This document shows, piece by piece, positions 60,043-64,000 of a stretch of 64,000 bases of DNA. The translations under genes and the position numbers were made by a program. Each line of letters opens with the position of its first letter. The stretch's first letter is position 1. Source of the DNA: an uncultured Acidobacteriota bacterium (GTDB lineage: Bacteria > Acidobacteriota > Terriglobia > Bryobacterales > UBA6623); the NCBI GenBank assembly GCA_963805925.1, contig CAWDWB010000009.1, forward strand, positions 517,746 through 581,745, written 5' to 3'. Below the pieces are notes generated by a model. The model searched no databases. It saw nothing but the letters and a program-made list of their open reading frames with translations, and was not told the DNA's origin.

Positions 60043-62295
60043 TTGCCGAACGAGACCGACACGACAGTCCGCCACCCTGCCATGGGAGAGACGCAGGAAT
60101 TACCCGCGTTCCCGGCCCGCCCGAGCGAGAGCAACGGCCCGGAAGGGGATTCGCTGATCTCCTCCCAGTACAAGGCGTTGCAGGAGGCCCAGTTCCTGCA
60201 CGAGGAGACGTTGCGCCAACTGCGGGGAGAGATCCAAGCCCAGAAGCAGCAGATCTCCAACCTCGCCAACGAGCAACAAGGATCGGCGCAGCCTCCAGCC
60301 CGCCTTGACGCGATTCATTTGCGGCTCTCGGAGTTGGAAAGGAAGATAGGCGAAGACGCCAGTGATCCGTTGATCAACGAGATCGCCCATCGTCTTGCCG
60401 CCTTGGAGAGCTCTGGAGGCCGCGGTCCCGACAGCCGCGTAGAACGCCTGTCGGAGCAGATCGAGGAGCTTCGGCGCAGGACGTCTGTCCCGCACACGGA
60501 TCCGCGCACCGACGAGATGGCTTTGCGCATCGCTTCGGTCGAAGGTTCGCTGCGACGGGCGCAACAAGCGTTCGACAGCGAAACGCTGACGGGACAGATC
60601 CAAGAGTTGCAGGCCGCGGCCCGCGACGCCTCCGAGAAAGTGGCGGCGGAACTCGCTGACCTGCGCCAACAGCTGACCGACGCGCAAGCACAAACTCAGC
60701 CTGATTGGTCGGGCAAGTTCGACCAGTTGGAGAGCCGTCTCGCGGAGGTCTCCGACAAGAGCGAGATCGAAGAACTCACGGCCCGCTTGTCGCAACTGGA
60801 ACAGTCAGAACCGGACGATCAGAGCGCAGCCCGGCTTGAAGCGCTGGCTGCGAAAGTCGAGGAACTGGCCGCCAAGCTGGAAGGCACGGCGGCCTCCAGC
60901 ACTCTCACGGAACTGCGCCAGAAGGTGGCCGATCTGGAGAGTCAGATTTCGGATTCTGCGCCGAGTCAGCTGAACGACCTGTTGTCGGCTCGCGTCGACC
61001 AACTGCAGGAGGCCATTGAGGCGCAGTCGGCGTCCGACGCCGTGCAGTCTCTACAACAGCGTCTGGCCGCGCTGGAGGCACAGAACGAACAGTCCCCTGA
61101 CGCGGGCGAAGCGGTGGCCGAACTGCGCCAACGCTGCGACGCACTCTCGGAGCGCTTCTCGACGATTCCGGACGGCACCGTCTACGACAGTCGCATTGCC
61201 GCGATCGAATCCAAGCTGGACGAGCTGCCGGCCGGCGAGTCGGGCGTTGAGGAGTTGAGGGTTAAGCTGGCGGCCATCGAGACATCCGGCGCCGCCGAGA
61301 ACGACGGCAGACTGGCAGAGTTGACGGCTCGCTTGAGGGCTCTGGAGCTACAAGCCGAACAGCCGAGTTCGTCCGCGGATGATGGACGACTCGATCGCCT
61401 GTCGAGCAGGCTGGACCAGCTGGAACTCACCGGCGGATCGAGCGGCCTGACGAATCAAATCAACGAACTGCGCGAGCGCGTCGCTGGGCTGACCAGCCAG
61501 TTGCGTGAGGGATCGGCAGAGCCGGCCTCCGAGGCGATTACTAAAATCGACGAACGGCTGGCACTGTTGGAGTCTTCGGCTCCGGCAGCCTTCGAACGGA
61601 TCGCAAAGCTCGAAACGCTCGAGCCGGCTTCGGGCAGCGACCAAGCAGACGCCATCGCGGAACTCCGCCAACGGGTCGACCAGTTGGTCAACTCCGGCGC
61701 ATCCGGCGCCGGCGACAGCGCGACCGCCGATATCCTCCATGAAATCGGCATGCGTGTGCAGGCCTTGGAACGTAACGGCGACAGCGGACAGGGCGGATCG
61801 GCGACGGCGCTGAGCGAGGAACTGAACGAGCGCATTGAGCGGCTGGAGGCGAAGGTCGCCGAGAACGGCGGAATGCCGCGCTCCGAGTTGCAGAGTATTG
61901 TCGAAAGGCTGAGCTACTTGGAACAGTCGGGCGCTTCTTCCGGAGAAGCCGACGGACCGTCTTCGCACATCACCGAACAACTCATTGCACGCTACGAAGA
62001 GATCGATGGACGCTTGGCGCAGATCGAAGAAGGCGGAGCGAGCGCCGCAGGCGGCGGCCAGAGTTCGGAAGCGGCGATGGCTGAGATTGCTGAACTCCGT
62101 AAGCAGCTAACCGAGCTTCAACAGAACGGCTCCGGTCCGGGAGTCTCGGAGAATTTCTTAGGCAAACTCGCCGAGAAGATCTCTTCAGGAATCGCTGGTT
62201 CCGAAGTAAAGGCGATCCAGATGCAGATGTACGTGGTGTACTTCTTCTTGGCGCTGATCGGCGCGCTGGCGCTCAGTTCGTTCTTCATGCAGTAG
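60043..62295 (+). CDS. Large tail-anchored protein built from about 25 short amphipathic/coiled-coil modules
   Basis: TTG start 5 nt after GGAGGA. Recurrent ...(A/I)xELRQRxxxLxxx / RLxxLE helices are separated by G/S/P/D-rich linkers. Single C-terminal TM MYVVYFFLALIGALALSSFF. Confidence 0.6.
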   Translation: MPNETDTTVRHPAMGETQELPAFPARPSESNGPEGDSLISSQYKALQEAQFLHEETLRQLRGEIQAQKQQISNLANEQQGSAQPPARLDAIHLRLSELERKIGEDASDPLINEIAHRLAALESSGGRGPDSRVERLSEQIEELRRRTSVPHTDPRTDEMALRIASVEGSLRRAQQAFDSETLTGQIQELQAAARDASEKVAAELADLRQQLTDAQAQTQPDWSGKFDQLESRLAEVSDKSEIEELTARLSQLEQSEPDDQSAARLEALAAKVEELAAKLEGTAASSTLTELRQKVADLESQISDSAPSQLNDLLSARVDQLQEAIEAQSASDAVQSLQQRLAALEAQNEQSPDAGEAVAELRQRCDALSERFSTIPDGTVYDSRIAAIESKLDELPAGESGVEELRVKLAAIETSGAAENDGRLAELTARLRALELQAEQPSSSADDGRLDRLSSRLDQLELTGGSSGLTNQINELRERVAGLTSQLREGSAEPASEAITKIDERLALLESSAPAAFERIAKLETLEPASGSDQADAIAELRQRVDQLVNSGASGAGDSATADILHEIGMRVQALERNGDSGQGGSATALSEELNERIERLEAKVAENGGMPRSELQSIVERLSYLEQSGASSGEADGPSSHITEQLIARYEEIDGRLAQIEEGGASAAGGGQSSEAAMAEIAELRKQLTELQQNGSGPGVSENFLGKLAEKISSGIAGSEVKAIQMQMYVVYFFLALIGALALSSFFMQ

Positions 62296-62317
62296 GAGCA
62301 CAGCTCTCGAAACAAGC

Positions 62318-62354
62318 AAAGGCCGACTCTCTTGAGTCGGCCTTTCGCGTTTTC
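62318..62354. terminator. Bidirectional rho-independent terminator
   Basis: AAAGGCCGACTC-tctt-GAGTCGGCCTTT followed by CGCGTTTTC, between convergent genes. Confidence 0.7.
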
Positions 62355-62362
62355 AGCAGCCC

Positions 62363-63118
62363 TTATTGCGGAGGCGGCGGCGGTGGATCCGGGGCCTTGT
62401 CGTCGGTCGGCAATGGAGGCGTAGTTCCGCCGCCCGCGCCTGACGCGCCGCCTCCGCCGCCGGGAGAACCCTGTCCGATGCGCCGCCACAGCGATGCTGC
62501 GACTCTCACGACATCTTCCGCCGCCTTGGCGACTCCGGCGCCGTCGACTCCGGCCTTAGCCAAGGGAACGAGCGGATCGACGACCAGACTTTGGCCTGCT
62601 TCCAGAACGGTTTCCCGGGAACTGGGCAGCAACTGGTGGCGAACCCCAACTGATCCTTCCACAACGAATACCGTCGTCACTTCGGATTCGTCGACCGAGA
62701 CTTCAAACGTGGTGCCGCGCACCGAGATCACCGCCGTCGGCGTGTAGACACGCGTCGGATTGGGCTCGCCGCCTAATCGATTGATATGGATCTTGACGCG
62801 CCCCAGAAACAAATCGATCAGGTCGCGAAGACTTCCGGGATTTTTGCGGAAAACGACCTTGGAGTCCGGGTAGACGAGGAATGAACTCCCGTCCGAAACT
62901 TCCAACGTGGCGAAGCCATCGGGTCCGGTGATGATCGTTTGCCCAAGCTGGACGAGATTGCCGGGGAAAAGCGCCCATTCCTGGTTGTCACGCAAAACGG
63001 AAACCGAGCCTTGGGCCTCCACGACTTGGGCGGCAGTCCCCGTTTGGGCGTACGCCAGCCCGGCCATGCACCACGTGCACAGCAACAGGGCGACTAGCGC
63101 TCGCCTAAATTGCAGCAT
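62363..63118 (-). CDS. FecR-domain protein with a Pro/Gly-rich C-terminus, secreted
   Basis: ATG at 63118. Signal MLQFRRALVALLLCTWCMAGLAYAQ. The FecR-like beta region reads GSVSVLRDNQEWALFPGNLVQLGQTIITGPDGFATLEVSDGS. Confidence 0.7.
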   Translation of the reverse strand: MLQFRRALVALLLCTWCMAGLAYAQTGTAAQVVEAQGSVSVLRDNQEWALFPGNLVQLGQTIITGPDGFATLEVSDGSSFLVYPDSKVVFRKNPGSLRDLIDLFLGRVKIHINRLGGEPNPTRVYTPTAVISVRGTTFEVSVDESEVTTVFVVEGSVGVRHQLLPSSRETVLEAGQSLVVDPLVPLAKAGVDGAGVAKAAEDVVRVAASLWRRIGQGSPGGGGGASGAGGGTTPPLPTDDKAPDPPPPPPQ

Positions 63119-63332
63119 TCTCAACCGCGGTCGGCCCGGAACAGCCAACCCCATTATGCGGTCAGGCACCCCTCTAGCAAGAATATAGCCAAACGCAATC
63201 GCGCCCTCTGACGCTTCATTTGCAGAATTTACAGCGGCGGACGACCGCATTTGGGACACTTCGAGTGTGTCGAGGCGACACGCCTCGCCGACGTATTGAC
63301 AGCGCCTCCACGTAAAGGGACGATGGGGGAGC

Positions 63333-63824
63333 ATGCCCGAAGGTACCGGATCTCTCAAGTACGAGATACACCAGAACAAGCCGTTTCATTCGATTCGACA
63401 TGAAGCGGTAGTGGGTCTCCTGAAGACCACCGACTTGGTTCGGCGCTTGATTTCCAGCGTCGTGGAACCGGCGGGAATCACCATGCAGCAGTACAACGTG
63501 CTGCGAATCCTGCGCGGCGCAGGCAAAACGCCCCTCCCCACGCTGGAGATCCGCAAGCGGATGATCGAACAGACTCCGGGCATCACACGGCTGCTGGATA
63601 AGCTCGAACGGCGCGGCTGGGTCCACCGTGAGCGTTGTGCCGGTGATCGTAGACAGGTACTGTGCCGCATCACTCCCGAGGGCAAGTCGCTCATCGATGC
63701 CCTCGACGGCGCCATGGAAGCGATCTATGGCCGCTTGCTCGGCTCTATACCTGACGCCGAGGTGACCGAGATGGTCCGGACGATGGACAAGCTGCGCGCT
63801 TCTCAAACGACCACGTCAGCCTAA
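63333..63824 (+). CDS. MarR-family transcriptional regulator
   Basis: ITMQQYNVLRILRGAG...TLEIRKRMIEQTPGITRLLDKLERRGWVHRERCAGDRRQV is a winged-helix MarR signature. Confidence 0.85.
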   Translation: MPEGTGSLKYEIHQNKPFHSIRHEAVVGLLKTTDLVRRLISSVVEPAGITMQQYNVLRILRGAGKTPLPTLEIRKRMIEQTPGITRLLDKLERRGWVHRERCAGDRRQVLCRITPEGKSLIDALDGAMEAIYGRLLGSIPDAEVTEMVRTMDKLRASQTTTSA

Positions 63825-63882
63825 ATCCCCCGTCCTCGCGGGCGCGAAAGCGACGCGGCAGCCGCTATACTTGGGGTGCCGT

Positions 63883-64000
63883 ATGGCTGTCGACTTCCGC
63901 ACCAACATCCGCCGGAAACGCCTGCACGTCCACCGCAAATTGCGGGAGACGCGCATGCTATGGCGGGGACTGACCAACACGGACAAACCCACGTTGGCGC
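63883..64000 (+). CDS. 5' end of a CDS running off the right edge (function not assignable)
   Basis: ATG at 63883, open to the window end: MAVDFRTNIRRKRLHVHRKLRETRMLWRGLTNTDKPTLA. Confidence 0.3.
   Translation, partial: MAVDFRTNIRRKRLHVHRKLRETRMLWRGLTNTDKPTLA

Overview
High-GC chromosomal segment from a Gram-negative bacterium. The gene content (many secreted CarboxypepD_reg/TPR/beta-propeller proteins, ThuA, SMP-30 and ArnT/PMT-like membrane proteins) suggests Acidobacteriota, but that is inference only. Most of the window is ordinary core genome:
- an encapsulin + EncFtn nanocompartment operon
- a multicopper oxidase
- two tandem Na+/solute symporters
- a Fur-like regulator convergent with katG
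- alaS-recX, sodC, pgi-zwf with a LacI/ThuA/gluconolactonase sugar cluster, and pntAA-pntAB-pntB
- tRNA-Leu(UAG), lpxA, tRNA-Glu(CUC), a small HK-RR-RR cluster, hemH, USP + P-type ATPase, an M48 peptidase, and a 750-aa tail-anchored coiled-coil protein

The one clear accessory region is about 36.3-44.3 kb, between the gluconolactonase-like gene and pntB. It is a decayed array of orphan Rhs C-terminal toxin tips with cognate immunity-like genes. No full-length rhs gene and no secretion apparatus are present in the window.

Three 100%-identical copies of a 177-bp MITE-like element with 20-bp terminal inverted repeats (called R here) have remodelled this array. An IS110/IS1111-family insertion sequence sits precisely inside the left terminal repeat of one R copy, and a second, degraded copy sits at the same sequence. 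The IS carries a roughly 310-bp 3' non-coding arm that contains an internal copy of its own terminus plus short matches to the R target. That pattern fits a bridge/seek guide RNA. Variable-number 11-bp tandem repeats derived from the outer part of the R terminal repeat mark the element boundaries.

Several probable frameshifts or pseudogenes are noted elsewhere in the window. No CRISPR array, rRNA or recognisable prophage was seen.
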